From positions 100,936,001-101,000,000 of the forward strand of contig NC_043001.1 in the NCBI RefSeq assembly GCF_006345805.1: 64,000 nt of DNA. Direction: 5' to 3'. This DNA comes from Octopus sinensis (taxonomy: Eukaryota). Positions 51,501-64,000 of the stretch are shown here, piece after piece (positions within the stretch are counted from its first letter, which is position 1; the number at the start of each line of letters is the position of its first letter). Under the pieces are notes generated by a model. It made no database searches. It worked only from the letters and a program-made list of their open reading frames with translations, and had not been told where the DNA came from. The position numbers and the translations under genes were made by a program.

Positions 51501-52400
51501 TAATCAGCCCTCTTTCCCTTTTTCTGGCAAGGATGTAGTCAATCTGGCTGGTGTGTCTGCCAGAACGGTAGGTGACTAGGTGAGAGGTGGGTTTCCTGAA
51601 GTGGGTATTGCAGACCATAAGGTCATTTGCATCGCAGAACTCCAGCAGCCTGGTTCCCTCCTCATTTCGAGAGCCAAAACCGTAGCCTCCATGGACGCCA
51701 TGGAAGCCCCCAACATGTCGTCCAACATGTCCATTGAAATCACCTGCCACGAAGAGAAGGTCTCTGTCATTTGTCAATGAGGTAGTCCGCAATAGGGTGT
51801 CATAGAATTGGTCTTTTTGTCCTTCCGGTAGCCCAGGTTGAGGGGCATATGCCGAGATGATGGTAGCTGTCCTATGGTGAAGAACTAATCTAATTTTAAT
51901 TACTCTGTCACTTACTCTGACTACCTCGATTACCTTACCTACCCATTTCTCCGCAAGAAGTATACCCACACCCCCGACCCCGTCAGTATTCCCAGCCCAG
52001 AAAATCTTGTACCTCTGTCCTTTGCCTGTGAGGAGCCTAGCAGAACCTCCTCTCCACCTTACTTCCTGGATACAGCATACATCCACACGTCTCCGTTCAA
52101 GCAGCTCTACAATCTCTCCAGACCTACCTTTCAATGTGCCAACATTGAGCATGCCAACTCTGAGGGTTTGGGAGGTGTGGGCATCAGATACCCTGGGACG
52201 AGGGACCATCGTGTCATGTACCTGAAAAGAAAGCTTGCATTTGGCAGATTTCATATGGAAACTCTAGACTACAACCTGCATACTTTTCACAATTTTTTGC
52301 GCTATATGTTCAGATAAACCCTACATAGGTGCTAGTGGGGGAGGGGGGTAGTTTCCGGTATTTGGGTAGAAACTTCCGGTATTGGGGGTGGGAGGGTGGG
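48518..52400 (-). mobile_element. Near-full-length RTE-clade non-LTR retrotransposon
   Basis: EN+RT frame, 3' UTR with about 63-bp subrepeats, (GAT)n tail ending near 48518. The 5' boundary is uncertain (52400-52545). Confidence 0.95.
49135..52254 (-). pseudogene. RTE APE-endonuclease + reverse transcriptase ORF, 1040 codons with one in-frame TGA at 51274-51276
   Basis: The two listed ORFs share a frame (52254-51177=1077). EN motifs LNVGTL, IQE, SAYAP, GDFNGH, QIDYIL, QHRLV; RT motifs QFGF, GVHQGSVLSPLLF, LLYADDL, FRYLG. The gap translates cleanly as *RFLRDNLLTATDQICGWSKVPSRPRVTWWWNTV. Confidence 0.92.
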
Positions 52401-52709
52401 CGACAAAATCGAAGCAACTAGTTTGAATACTATATTTGAGGGGGAAAAATAATTAATTAGATAAATGACTGAATGAAAGCCAGAGAGAGAATGAAAATAC
52501 ATAAATAATAAAAAAATACGGTAGAGAATGAAAATAGATAAATATGTATATATATATATATGGTGGTTGTCTACTCCTTATGCAGAGTTTGACCACTTCC
52601 TGTACACATTAACACCATCATGTGGCTTTTTAAACCAGACAATCTTCTGAAAAAACACCCACATAGATTGCACACACACACAACACACACACACACACAC
52701 ACAAACACA

Positions 52710-52786
<77 letters not shown>

Positions 52787-53237
52787 ATATGCAATGGTTT
52801 TTGGTAAGCAGTGTCAATTTTTACCATTCTCTAAATAATATTAATAATATTTTATAAGCTTTAAGCTTATAAGAAATCACCATGAAATGAGTAAAGAAAA
52901 TAGTCTAATATTGAGGCATATAAGCCCTCAATGGAAAAAAATAGGTTTTTCGTATGCATGTGATGGAAACCCGATTTTTTTCTGATGAGGTCTTATATAC
53001 CCCAGTATTAAGCGATTTTCTTTAATTATCACATGTTGATCACTTATAATTAAGCTTATAAAATATTTTTATTATTATCATTTGCAGAAAATATAAATAT
53101 ATGAATATGAGAAAGACAAATATATAAAGTCAACTGAACCTAAAACCAACAACACTGACTTTAAAGAATTGAATTTCTTAGACATCAATATGCACACACA
53201 TAAACACAAACACACTCAGACACACATACATGTGCAT

Positions 53238-53302
<65 letters not shown>

Positions 53303-53460
53303 ACACACACACACATTTAATCTAAATTGAGGAAATGGAGCAGGTAAAATTCAGGCTATATATGATTGCTAGGTGACAGAAGCTCAGAAGTAATAATTAC
53401 TCAATGAGGGGTTGTCCACCAGCTACGCATCAGACCAAGCGAAAAAACAAATTAGAAAAA

Positions 53461-53627
53461 CAGGAGTGGCTGTGTGGTAAGTAGCTTGCTAACCAAACAC
53501 ATGGTTCCGGGTTCAGTCCCACTGCGTGGCATCTTGGGCAAGTGTCTTCTGCTATAGCCCTGGGCCGACCAATGCCTTGTGAGTGGATTTGGTAGACGGA
53601 AACTGAAAGAAGCCTGTCGTATATATG

Positions 53628-53660
<33 letters not shown>

Positions 53661-53860
53661 TTGTGTGTCCCCCTAGCATTGCTTGACAACCAATGCTGGT
53701 GTGTTTACATCCCCGTCACTTAGCGGTTTGGCAAAAGAGACCGATAGAATAAGTACTGGGCTTACAAAGAATAAGTCCCGGGGTCGATTTGCTCAACTAA
53801 AGGCGATGCTCCAGCATGGCCGCAGTCAAATGACTGAAACAAGTAAAAGAGTAAAGAGAT
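53461..53860 (+). mobile_element. Best-preserved SINE family A copy
   Basis: caggagtggctgtgtggtaag (A box), ggttcagtccc (B box), tcttgggcaagtgtctt, internal microsatellite, 3' gaaacaagtaaaagag. Confidence 0.9.
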
Positions 53861-54589
53861 ATACGAAAAAATAAAACGGTCACAAAGAGAAAAGAAGGTT
53901 ATAACAAGTGTGATCTCTGCATCACAGAAGTGTTATCTATTATGCAATTCAGCGATTGTCTAAATGAATTGAGTAACCTAATTCTTAATCGTAAATGCAA
54001 ATAATAGCCACCTCCCCAATTATTCCCTAACCATTCTTTTTGCATTCCCACCCCAATTGAATCTCTTCTATCTATTTATAATGTACAACTTTTGTCACTA
54101 TCTTTATGTTTTCTTAACCCTGTGATCTCCTTACATTTTCCACTCTGCACATGAGAACATGCAGGTGTGTATGCATGCATGCACACCTATAGAATACTAT
54201 ACAGGTACAGAGAAAGTACACACCTGTACATGGATGTGTGAATATTTGGTTTTACTGTTAAGCAATAAGCCACCAGTTTACTTCCGACTGTTACGTTCCC
54301 CTAATCACTCCTAACTCTATCTTCCATCTTCCTCTCTTTCTGCCCCTTCCTTTCTTCTTCTCTCCCTGCAAATCCACCTTATCCTCACTCCTAAATATTT
54401 GACATCTTCTTTTCCTCTTCTTCTCATTCTTGACAATTGCACTTCTAAAAATTCTTTTCTTTTCATTCTATATGAATGTATAAGAATCTTGGTTACAACA
54501 ATATATTTATTTGCCATTGACATAGTAAAATGACTCCAGCTTAATATTCACAATGGCCCTTTCCTTAGTCAGCATCAATCATATATATA

Positions 54590-54715
54590 TCATCATCATC
54601 GTTTAACTGGCATGCATTGGATGGTTTGACTGAGGACTGGCAAGCCAGGAGGCTGCATCAGGCTCCAATCTGATCTGCCAAGATTTCTACAGCTGGATGT
54701 CCTTCTTAATGCCGA
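54590..54715 (-). mobile_element. Short RTE 3' tail
   Basis: (CAT)n-cgtttaac...ctacagctggatgtccttcttaatgcc. Confidence 0.75.
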
Positions 54716-54716
54716 T

Positions 54717-54755
<39 letters not shown>

Positions 54756-55040
54756 GATATATATACATATATATAATATATACATTTAATATTCATTATT
54801 AATTATTATTATTTATTATATTACATTATTATAAGAATATAATATAATGTTTTGTTAGGGAATTTTAGTTTTTGAATTGACAATTATTTATCTCCATTTT
54901 CTTTTCCTTTTTATAGATTTAGTATACACCTATGTGAATTGTAAAGTTTTTCTCTATGAAATTCGGTATCAAACAGTTGAACCGGTGAAAGATTGGATGT
55001 TTTCATCGCTATTTTCCTTGTACTGGATTTAATTTAAATA

Positions 55041-55109
<69 letters not shown>

Positions 55110-55236
55110 GAGAGAGAGAGAGATAGAGAGATAGAGAGATAAAGAGATAGATATAAAGCATGATTTATCTGTGATCAGATCTATTCAAAAACCGAGGTAT
55201 TACTGTATACATATATGCATACATACACACACATAT

Positions 55237-55333
<97 letters not shown>

Positions 55334-55334
55334 C

Positions 55335-55515
55335 TTATGTGTGTGTTTGTTCCCCAACACCACTTGACAACCACTGTTGATGTGTTTGCAACTTAGCGAT
55401 TTGACAATAGAGACTAATAGAATAAGTACTGGGCTTAAAAATAAATACTAAGAGTTCAAAGCCATGCTGCCCCAGCATGGTCGCTGTTTAATGAGAGAAA
55501 CAAGTAAAAGATAAA
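55335..55515 (+). mobile_element. 3' half of a SINE family A copy
   Basis: cttgacaacc...gatagaataagtactgggctt...cccagcatgg...gaaacaagtaaaaga. Confidence 0.7.
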
Positions 55516-55665
55516 GTTTCCTCAAATGAAGTATCATCGTCATCATTGTCATTTATTTCAAAATGTGTAACAGTCTCGTGAAAATTGTAAAGAAATCTCT
55601 CTCTTCAGAGACCAGATCTTATATTTGAGCTTTGACATCTCAAATCTAAAATCTTTTCCCTGAAG

Positions 55666-56021
55666 AAGCTTTATTATAGACCATCAAGCCTCCAGAAACA
55701 GCTGTTGGATTTGTAATACTTTTCCCCCACTCTTTTAATTCTCCATTTCATTTGTAGTCTGTGTAAGTCAGACAATTTTATATTCATACATATATACATT
55801 TTTTTGTATTTCATGGATTTGATATACTTTATATATTGATCTCCACAAGCTTTATTATAGACCATCAAGCCTCCAGAAACGGCTGTTGGATTTGTAATAC
55901 TTTTCCCCCACTCCTTTAATTCTCCATTTCATTTGTAGTCTATGTAAGTCAGACAACTTTATATTCATACATATATACATTTTTTGTGTTCATGGATTTG
56001 ATATACTTTATATATTGATCT
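55666..56021. repeat. Tandem duplication, period 181 bp, two copies
   Basis: aagctttattatagaccatcaagcctccag...tatattgatct at 55666 and 55847 with a few substitutions. Confidence 0.95.
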
Positions 56022-56979
56022 GTCTAATTTGCTTATCCACACATTTACTGCTATATCCATATATATATATATAGTCTCTCTTTCATACTAAGAAGGAGAA
56101 ACAGAAACTAAAGATGGAAAAACATTATTCTTGGAAAGTAGTATATTTGTTATTTATTTATAGAAAAGCTTACTAATTTGTTTTATATCGATCTTTTGAA
56201 AATACATTTGAAGTTATTTATATATATTCAGTATTTGAGAGAGGAAAGTAAGAATGATTGAAAGAGCGAGAGAAAATGAAGTGGAGTTAGAAAAATACTG
56301 AGTAATGTGTGAAATTAAATTTTTATTAGGATAGAGACTAAAGGCAAATAGACTGGATATAGATTTGAAATTGATAAAAAAATGAACAACTTTTGTTGAT
56401 TGATAAGAGTGATGACTTGTATTAATGATTTAACTATTAATGCTTATAAACTATAGGTGTGTAATAGATTTGAAAGAGATTAAGGTTAAGTGAAAATCAA
56501 GAATAAGTTTTGAAATGTGTTTCTGTAAATAGCTTAATTGTAGTCAAAAACGATAAACTTTTGTTGAAAAAAAGGAAACTGAAAAATTATACACAATGGA
56601 ATTGGACAAGGATTGGTTTTTAGATGTTACTAAATCTGTTGAGCCTATCTTGGTTTTGGTAAAATAAAAGGAACTGATTGGTGTAAAGGAATATATGATA
56701 GTATTTATTTATCTCGAATATATTAAGCATAAAAGTGCTTTAATAAAGTGTGAAAGAAATATGCATGCTTCAGAGAAAGAAAGAACCTGTGAAAAATGGG
56801 TGAAAAATGAGACACAGGAAGAGTAGAGAGTAAATAAGGAACATAAATAGCTCTGTGTGTACTTCTAAAAACTGCACTGTAGATAAAACTGTGAATGTAT
56901 GTCAAACTATTTTGATAATTAAAGTTAGGTGGCACAAAGCAAGAAACGTATGCCTTCAGTATATACACAGAAAAAGTCA

Positions 56980-57192
56980 GCAAGCTGACAGAAATGTTAG
57001 CAGGCTGGGCAAAATGCTTTGTGGTTTTTCGTCTGTCTTTACATTCTGAGTTCAAATTTCACTGAGGTCAACTTTGCCTTTCATCTTTTCAGGGTCAATA
57101 AATTGAGTACCAGTTGTATACTGCGATCGATCTAATCGACTGGCCCCGCCACTTCCCCAAAATTTTGGGCCTTCTGCCTAGAGTAGAAAAGA
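56980..57192 (+). mobile_element. SINE family B copy
   Basis: gctgacagaaatgttagc...gagttcaaatttc...gcctttcatcttttcagggtcaataaattgagtaccag. Confidence 0.8.
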
Positions 57193-58962
57193 ATATATAC
57201 ACAGAGAAATTCATAAAAATATGCAATGTCTAAATGTGATATAAATGTTACAGAAATGCAAATACTTTTGAAGCACAAACAACCGAACCACCTCAAGAGT
57301 ATTCTTAACAACTTAATGTAGGATATTTTTGTTACACTTTCTAATGTTTTAGCTAACAAACACTTTTCTACAGATTCATTCCAGTATCACACTGAAGCCC
57401 TTTTTGGAAACAATTTTAAATATAAAATGAAGCACATTGAAGATACTACAAGATCTGCAAACCATAGAGACTAGAAAACAAACATTAGCTAATTTATTCT
57501 TCTCTTTATTATAGTGGTAAAGTTTTCTTTGGTCTACTTGAGAACTAATTTCTACAACAGCATTAAAACTCAAAAATCATCAATAGTATATTAATATTTG
57601 TTATTCTACTAACATTAAAATCATTGCTTCATCCAGCTGTCCAATTAGAACCACTAGTAATTACAATTCCATTATCTTCAACATTTGTCTCCTAAATATT
57701 GTCTGTTTATTCAGAAGAAAAAATATTGGAAAATTTTTATATGTACCTGTGTTCATTATTTAAAAAAGTTTGGCTGTTATTCTATCTTCCTTTTTGCATG
57801 TAACACACATTTACTCATTTTGTGTAAGCAATCTCCAAATTTCAACCAACTTACTTTCACCATGTGGATGGTGATAATGGCAGTTCTAAAATTTTGCTCC
57901 CAGCAGAGAGAAGGAAGGGAGTTTTTGGTGTAAGCAGTTGTTTGACAGATAATTTACACATTTGAAATGATTACAGTTGCTTCAGTAATTTTATATCAGA
58001 AAGTAGTTTCTAACACATATTATTCAATTTAAATTCTGTCTCAACCACCATAAAAATACATTTTGAAACCCACACTAAAGAACTCACACCTCACTTTCCA
58101 ATGACCTCTGTGAGTTAGAATTTAAGAATAAGCAATATAACATAGAACATTTGGTCTAAAGTAAAACTATCTTTGGAAAAGACTTTGCAACCTCTGTGTA
58201 AATGAGAATCTCAAGATTGTTTCTGCCAAAGCTCACACTGTAAGCTTATACTTCATCCCTTGCTAGTATTCATGCTTCCTACCAAGTCATTCTTGTTCTC
58301 CCTATGTGTATGTGTATGTATATGCTTGTATATGTTGTAATGACATGCTTCAATCCATTTTTTTCTCTAAAGCACTAAAGTGTTCAGGTCTCACCTTCAG
58401 AGTGCACGCGCACACATACACATAATAAATTTATTATATATGAATGCGTGTGTGTGTGTGTATGAAGCTCTCTTGGTTCTCCCACCCACCAACTCAGCCC
58501 AATAACCTTCTGCCAATCAAAACGCTCATTCTGACCTGGGGTGGAGGAAGCTTCTGCTATTCTTTAACAAATCTGTGGGGAAAGCAGCTGATTTTTTAAA
58601 AAAAAGATACCCTGATGCAAAACTTGTAGTCAAAAGGGTACCAATCATGTTGCAGAGTCTGTAACTGGAACCTACAATGGCAACTGAGAGAATGGCACAA
58701 GATATTGTCAATCAAATCCAGTGATGTACAGAAGATGTGTCACTAGCATTGCATTTCTTGGTCTCTTGTATATTTTATAAAATTTTATGGCAATGTTGAA
58801 TTGTGTAGTCATCTCCGTGCACAAATAAGAATGAAAATAATTCAGAGCAATCAGGCTAAATGGGAGATGGCTATCATAAGACAAGATGACACAATCAGTG
58901 AGTGTGTATGTAAGCATGTACATATGTTTATATGTATGTATGTATGTATATATATATATATG

Positions 58963-59215
58963 TCATCATCATCATCATCGTTTAACGTCCGTTTTCCATG
59001 CTAGCATGGGTTGGACGGTTCGAGGGAGGCCAGGAGGCTGCACCAGGCTCCAATCTTGATCTAGCTGTGTTTCTACAGCTGGATGCCCTTCCTAACGCAA
59101 ACCACTCCGTGAGAGTAGTGGGTGCTTTTTACATGCCACCGGCACAGGGGCCAGAGCAGGCTGGCAAACGGCCACGATTGGTTGGTGCTTTTACGTGTCA
59201 CTGACATGGATTACG
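58963..59215 (-). mobile_element. 5'-truncated RTE 3' UTR copy between (TA)n tracts
   Basis: (CAT)n-cgtttaacgtccgttttccatgctagcatgggttggacgg, very similar to 48518 onward. Confidence 0.85.
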
Positions 59216-59259
59216 TGTCACCATATATATGTATATATATATATATGTATATTATAGGT

Positions 59260-59418
59260 ATAGGAGTGGCTGTGTGGTAAGTAGCCTGCTTACCAGCCAC
59301 ATGGCTCTGGGTTCAGTCCCACTGTGTAGCACCTTGGGAAAATGTCTCCTACTATAGCCTTGGGCTCACCAAAGCCTTGTGAGTGGATTTGGTAGACGGA
59401 AACTGAAAGAAGCCCGTC

Positions 59419-59474
<56 letters not shown>

Positions 59475-59605
59475 ATGTGTGTGTGTATGTGTTTGTGTGT
59501 CTGTGTTTGTCCCCCAACATCGCTTGACAACCGATGCTGGTGTGCTAATGTCCCCGTAACTTAGTGGTTCGGCAATTGAGACCGATAGAATAAGTACTGG
59601 GCTCT
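59260..59605 (+). mobile_element. SINE family A copy
   Basis: ggagtggctgtgtggtaag...ggttcagtccc...gatagaataagtactggg. Confidence 0.85.
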
Positions 59606-60244
59606 TGAGCAAGACACTTTATTTCCTGTTGTGAAATGAGTTGCGACGTCACTGGTGCCAATCTGTATCAGCCCCTTTGCCTTTCCCTTGGATAACATCG
59701 GTGGAGTGGAGAGGGAAGGCTGGTATGCATGGGTGACTGCTGGTCTTCCATAAAACATCCTTGCCTGGACTTGTGCCTTAGAGGGTAACTTTCCAGGTGC
59801 AATCCCATGGTCAGTCATGACCAAAGGGCGTCCCTGATAATTTCACAGATTTGTTTGTTTAATAAGTCATTTGATGTAAGATCTTGTGTTGCGACAGAAA
59901 CCGATCTTTATAGAACCATCGCAGCCATTTAAGAAAATACAAAACTTTTATATCCATTTTTAGTTTATTTCCTCAGAGTTCTGGCTATAATAAAGTGTTA
60001 GAATGTTGCATCTCACTTCTGCAATCGAAACTAAGTTATTTTGCTCTTTATATTATTAAGATATAAATGAAAAGTCAGTAAGAACTTTGCTATGTATGGA
60101 AATGGTTAAATTTATCCTGGCATAATGTAATTGTTATACAAGATATATATCGTTGTAATCAACTTAGATCGAGCATAACCATGAGCTGAAAGAATTTCCA
60201 GCTTTGACCATCCAATCATTTCCACAGACATAATGTATGTTCAA

Positions 60245-60666
60245 CTTCATAATGTCATGACGATGACGATGGTGGTGGTGGTGGTGATGGGGATGATGAT
60301 GGTGGTGGTGATGATGATGATGTTGATGATAATGATAGTGATAATGACTGTGATGATGACAATGATAATGATAATGACTATGATGATGAGGATTATGGTG
60401 GTGGTGGTGTTAATGATGATGATGGTTTTGATGATGGTTGTAGTGGTGGTGGTGGTGGTAATGATGATGAGGATGATGGTGAGGAGAAGGATAATGATGA
60501 TGGTGGTGATGGCTGTAGTGGTGTTAATGACAATGATGGTGATGATGATGGTTGTAGTGGTGGTGGTGGTGGTGGTGGTGGTGGTGGTGGTGGTGGTGGT
60601 GGTGATGAAGGTGAGGAGAAGTATGATGATGATGATAATGACGACGATGATGATGACGACGACAAC

Positions 60667-60706
<40 letters not shown>

Positions 60707-60715
60707 CAGGAGACG
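60245..60715. repeat. Long (GAT)/(GGT) mosaic trinucleotide array
   Basis: Directly visible; source of 90-180 aa low-complexity ORFs. Confidence 0.95.
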
Positions 60716-60930
60716 ATGAGAAAAGGGGAAGAGGAAGATGGATGCTTCATCTTTTTTTATTTATTCTGGGGATAAGATTTTCAATTCATTTCCTTCATAA
60801 CATCTGGTAAGTGTGACACGTGTCTCTCCTGATGGGTTGAAACCTGATACATGAGGCAGATGGTGATTTGAGTCTGGTCCACATATGTGATAGGTGGGCA
60901 AAGACAATTAGACTGTCTCATCATTCACCC

Positions 60931-60961
<31 letters not shown>

Positions 60962-61339
60962 CATTATTAGCAGCAGCATCATTAGTACCACTATCATGGA
61001 TATTTACGCCAACTTTATCTTTATTGGTATTCATTTTAATAAAATGGAATATACGGAGAAGAAAACCAGGCTAAGCAGGATTTTAAATACATGCTTTCAT
61101 ATTTAAAAATCGTTATTTGCTACAGGGAAATATTCTATGTGGTTGTTAAATTTTTACCAAATGGCAATCAAGTTTAAGAGCTGGGTACTTCTAATAATAG
61201 TTCTTTTGAAAGTTCCTTAATTCTGATCACTTTTCTAAATTCATGTATTTAGGCATAAATAATATCAATAAAATAATGTAAAATCTATGATATCAGAGAG
61301 AAATCTGTATCTCACATAAAATTGGGCAAATCATACATT

Positions 61340-61424
61340 TAAGCATATATATATGTGTGTTGCATGTAAATATATATATATGTAAACATTCATAGATATA
61401 TATTATATATTCATATATAAATAT

Positions 61425-61480
<56 letters not shown>

Positions 61481-61524
61481 ATATATATACATTCATATAT
61501 CAATGTAAATATATATATATAAAT

Positions 61525-61565
<41 letters not shown>

Positions 61566-62102
61566 CACTCACACACATCTTTATGTATCTATAAGTGTAT
61601 ATAGACATACATAATTGTTTGATAATTTGTTAAGAATAATACTTGCTGGGCTGCAGGCTGTATGCTACTTTTCATAGCTCATCTAAAACATTTTCTGTTG
61701 AGCTTTGAAAATAGTGAAATGAGCCACCAGATATTATTCTTAATAAATTATCATACAATTAGGTGTATCTGTTCAGAGACACAAAGATGTACGTATCTAT
61801 GCATATATATATGTATAGCTGAAATTTATTGAAAAACAAAAGATGAAGACAGGTTTGTGAACAACCAAGTGTGTTGGTTTGATGCTCAGGAAAAATGAAA
61901 ATGTCTTTTGCGTTTCAAGCCTACGCTCACCTTACTCTCTCTCTCTTTCTCCATGCGTGTGCATGTGCATGTGTGTGTGTATATATATACTTATATATAT
62001 AAATACATACATATATATGTTTGTGTGTGTGTGTTTGTGTGTATGTATATAATGTGGCATATAAAATGATATAATATATATGTGTATGTGTGTGCATATA
62101 TA

Positions 62103-62154
<52 letters not shown>

Positions 62155-62785
62155 ATATGTATAGATGTGTATGTATAAATATAAAAATATATATATATAT
62201 ATATACATATATGTATATATATACACACACATGTATATAAGTATGCATACATATAAATATAAGATAATATATATTATATATTATGGGAGTCTAACTGATT
62301 TAACCCAGGAGAGCATAAAAAACAATAAAAGTATTTATTTAGATTGAGCTGACCAAAGACGAATAAGAGATGAATCATCACCATCATCGTTGTCATCATC
62401 ATCATCATCATCAGTATCATCATCATCATCATCAGTATCATCATCATCATCATCAGTATCATCATCATCATCATCATCAACATCAATATTCAACTCAGAA
62501 GTAAAATGTCTTGTTTGAAATTAGTTTTTTTTTTGTTTGCTTGTTTGGTTTTGGTTTTTGAGAAAATCAAATGAAATTAGTAGATAGAAAGAATGAGAAA
62601 GTAAAAGGAAAAGGAAAAAAATTAAAGAAAAGCTGGATAAAATAAAATAAAATAAAAATGAAAGACATGGAGAACGAAAGAAAGAAAGAAAGAAAAGAAG
62701 AAATAAGTGGAAGCGGATAAAAAAATAGACTGAGAAAGAAATAATGGTTCATAAAGGGTGAAATAAAATGAGGGGTGAAATAGAG

Positions 62786-62852
<67 letters not shown>

Positions 62853-63160
62853 GATGAAAGAGAAAAGAAAAAAGCAAAAGGAACAAGGAAATATGAAAGA
62901 AAAAATATAAAAGTCAGAAAATGGAATGGGAAAGAAAATACATAAGAAAAAAAAAACATATTCATAGTCTTGAGAATTATGGTTTGAGATATATATTCCT
63001 TGTGATTGTTGTTGTTGTTGTTGTTGCTTTTTATGTTTATTGTCAAGCAATTGTTGACAATCTTCATACACCCACACGCACACATATGCATGGATATAAA
63101 TATATATAAGTATGTCTGAGGTCATATAACAAACATGAGTATGTGTGTATAATATTATAT

Positions 63161-63219
<59 letters not shown>

Positions 63220-63310
63220 GATATATAGATAGATAAATAGATACATACATACATACATACATATAGATATAGATATAAATAGATAGATACACACGGACAC
63301 ACAAACACAC
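61340..63310. repeat. Cluster of (TA)n, (TG)n, (CAT)n, (GA)n and (CATA)n tracts
   Basis: Directly visible, interspersed with AT-rich unique sequence. Confidence 0.85.
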
Positions 63311-63598
63311 ACAAACATATACTAAATTCTAATTTCCAAATATATTCTTTAGATATTGCTAAACCCCAAAATTGATTCCAAACCATTTAGCTGAAAGTAA
63401 CTTGAGAAGAAGAAAACATTATTATTGGATAGAAAAAAAATATTTTGTAGTAGCAGCAGCAGTAGTGATGATAATATTAATGATAACAATAAACTTGTGA
63501 TAACAATAGGAATTAAAATAAAAGCTATGTTTTTATTTCATGTTTTATTTTCTTTCTTTCCTTCATTCATTCTGTATACTGGTTTGATTCTCTTTCCT

Positions 63599-63629
<31 letters not shown>

Positions 63630-64000
63630 CTCTTTCTCTTTCTTACTTTCTCTCTCTTTCTTACTTTCTCTCATTCTTTTTTTCTTTCTTTCTCTCTTTC
63701 TTTCTTTCTTTCTTTTAAGAGAAAAGACGAATTATTCTGATTTCAGACAAGACATTTTATATATTTGAGTCCAATATTGACAATGATGATGATAATAGCA
63801 ATGACAATGATGACGACGACGACGACGACGACGACGGCGACGGCGACGATGAAAACTAAGAAGAAACTTGTCTTCTCTTTATTTCTGGAGGACCTTCTTT
63901 GTTTGTTTGCTTAGTAACATCCAAGATGCTGAAACAATCGCTTCCCTAACAGCTGCTGCTTTCAAACATTTAAGGTTTTCAAATAACACCAAAAATACGC

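Noticed and set aside
49379-52225. Plus-strand ORFs antisense to the RTE ORF
   Set aside because: Shadow ORFs of a GC-richer coding strand; no motifs.
53461-53540. tRNA gene candidates at SINE heads
   Set aside because: A and B boxes are present but there is no complete cloverleaf, and each continues into a SINE body.
58480-58545. Two CCAAT boxes as a promoter
   Set aside because: No downstream gene or other promoter evidence.
60233-60775. Long poly-Met/Val/Ile/Ser/Pro ORFs (also 45731-45977, 10744-11274, 32518-33065, 62567-63386)
   Set aside because: Stop-free frames of simple repeats with no domain content.

Overview
AT-rich eukaryotic window saturated with microsatellites and transposon debris. 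The SINE families, RTE tails and microsatellite load point to an octopus/coleoid cephalopod genome (inference from recalled repeat families, not a search). No multi-exon host gene can be supported; the only host-derived coding sequence is an isolated BTBD1/2-like BTB-BACK fragment (16420-16737). The main element is a near-intact RTE-clade LINE on the minus strand (about 48518-52400). Its 1040-codon endonuclease+RT frame is broken by one in-frame TGA, and at least nine 5'-truncated relatives ending in (GAT)n are scattered through the window. Also present: two Penelope-like remnants, two RLE-type non-LTR remnants (one Dong/R4-like inside (TAA)n), Tc1, maT (DD37D), mariner and hAT remnants, piggyBac- and pogo-type MITEs, and tRNA-derived SINEs. 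Unusual structures include a perfect 129-bp-arm hairpin (1944-2205), a mariner fold-back made of two 5' ends, and copy-specific 63-66 bp arrays in the RTE 3' UTR. Most ORFs in the supplied track are translations of simple repeats. I see no clearly new biological system; the leads below are mostly mobile-element and dsRNA-structure hypotheses.
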